DNA of 64,000 nucleotides from Dehalococcoidia bacterium (GTDB lineage Bacteria > Chloroflexota > Dehalococcoidia > Lucifugimonadales > GCA-2712585). The stretch is from positions 2,661,524-2,725,523 of the forward strand of contig OZ250180.1 of assembly GCA_965238215.1 (NCBI GenBank). Direction: 5' to 3'. This document shows positions 63,954 through 64,000 of the stretch, in pieces. Position 1 is the first letter of the stretch. Each line of letters opens with the position of its first letter. The notes beneath the pieces are model-generated. The model saw only the letters and a list, made by a program, of their open reading frames with translations, searched no databases and was not told the DNA's origin. Made by a program: the position numbers and the translations under genes.

Positions 63954-64000
63954 ATGAAGGCCCGCATCCTCGTTGGCGTCGTCGGCGTTCCCGCCCTTCT
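63954..64000 (+). CDS. Start of a CDS running off the window (possibly phosphatidate cytidylyltransferase, by position after uppS)
   Basis: ATG 63954 opens MKARILVGVVGVPAL..., a hydrophobic start. The product is guessed only from the common uppS-cdsA order. Confidence 0.3.
   Translation, partial: MKARILVGVVGVPAL

Overview
This is a 64-kb, high-G+C bacterial chromosomal segment. Gene order and protein signatures look Chloroflexota/Dehalococcoidia-like, but that is a guess I cannot verify without a search. It holds roughly 60 protein-coding genes, mostly core housekeeping. They include rpsF-ssb-rpsR, glyA, an NfeD/SPFH pair, MeaB, an Fe(III)-type ABC transporter, metH and uvrA. There is a siroheme/alternative-haem cluster (hemB, cobA-hemD fusion, hemC, sirC, fused ahbA/B-like decarboxylase), then pcm and gatB-secG. 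A minus-strand string dnaJ(cbpA-like)-hspR-clpC-PIN/TRAM-ispD-ispF-cysS faces a divergent hsp20. The window ends with tgt, nfi, prfB and rpsB-tsf-pyrH-frr-uppS-(cdsA). I saw no rRNA, tRNA, CRISPR array, integrase or transposase. Main points of interest follow. (1) A visibly low-G+C islet at ~55.9-60.0 kb has a consensus promoter, a small ORF, a ~790-aa GHKL/MORC-like ATPase (interrupted by a 1-nt frameshift) and a convergent SPPY DNA methyltransferase. It is a candidate non-canonical restriction/defence module. (2) A second low-G+C islet at ~19.75-21.85 kb encodes a beta-class DNA methyltransferase fused to an HNH nuclease, flanked by two small ORFs. (3) Three interrupted reading frames have three different explanations: the classical prfB +1 frameshift, an in-frame UGA at the CxxC position of a redoxin lipoprotein with a SECIS-like hairpin (probable selenoprotein), and the GHKL frameshift (probable decay or error). 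(4) A ThrC-like PLP enzyme, a NIL-domain protein and a GG-terminated MoaD/ThiS carrier form a trio that suggests protein-thiocarboxylate sulfur transfer. (5) A family of short GC-rich palindromic REP-like elements litters the intergenic regions, and one copy appears to sit in frame inside a gene. All coordinates were read by hand. G+C statements are by eye, not computed.
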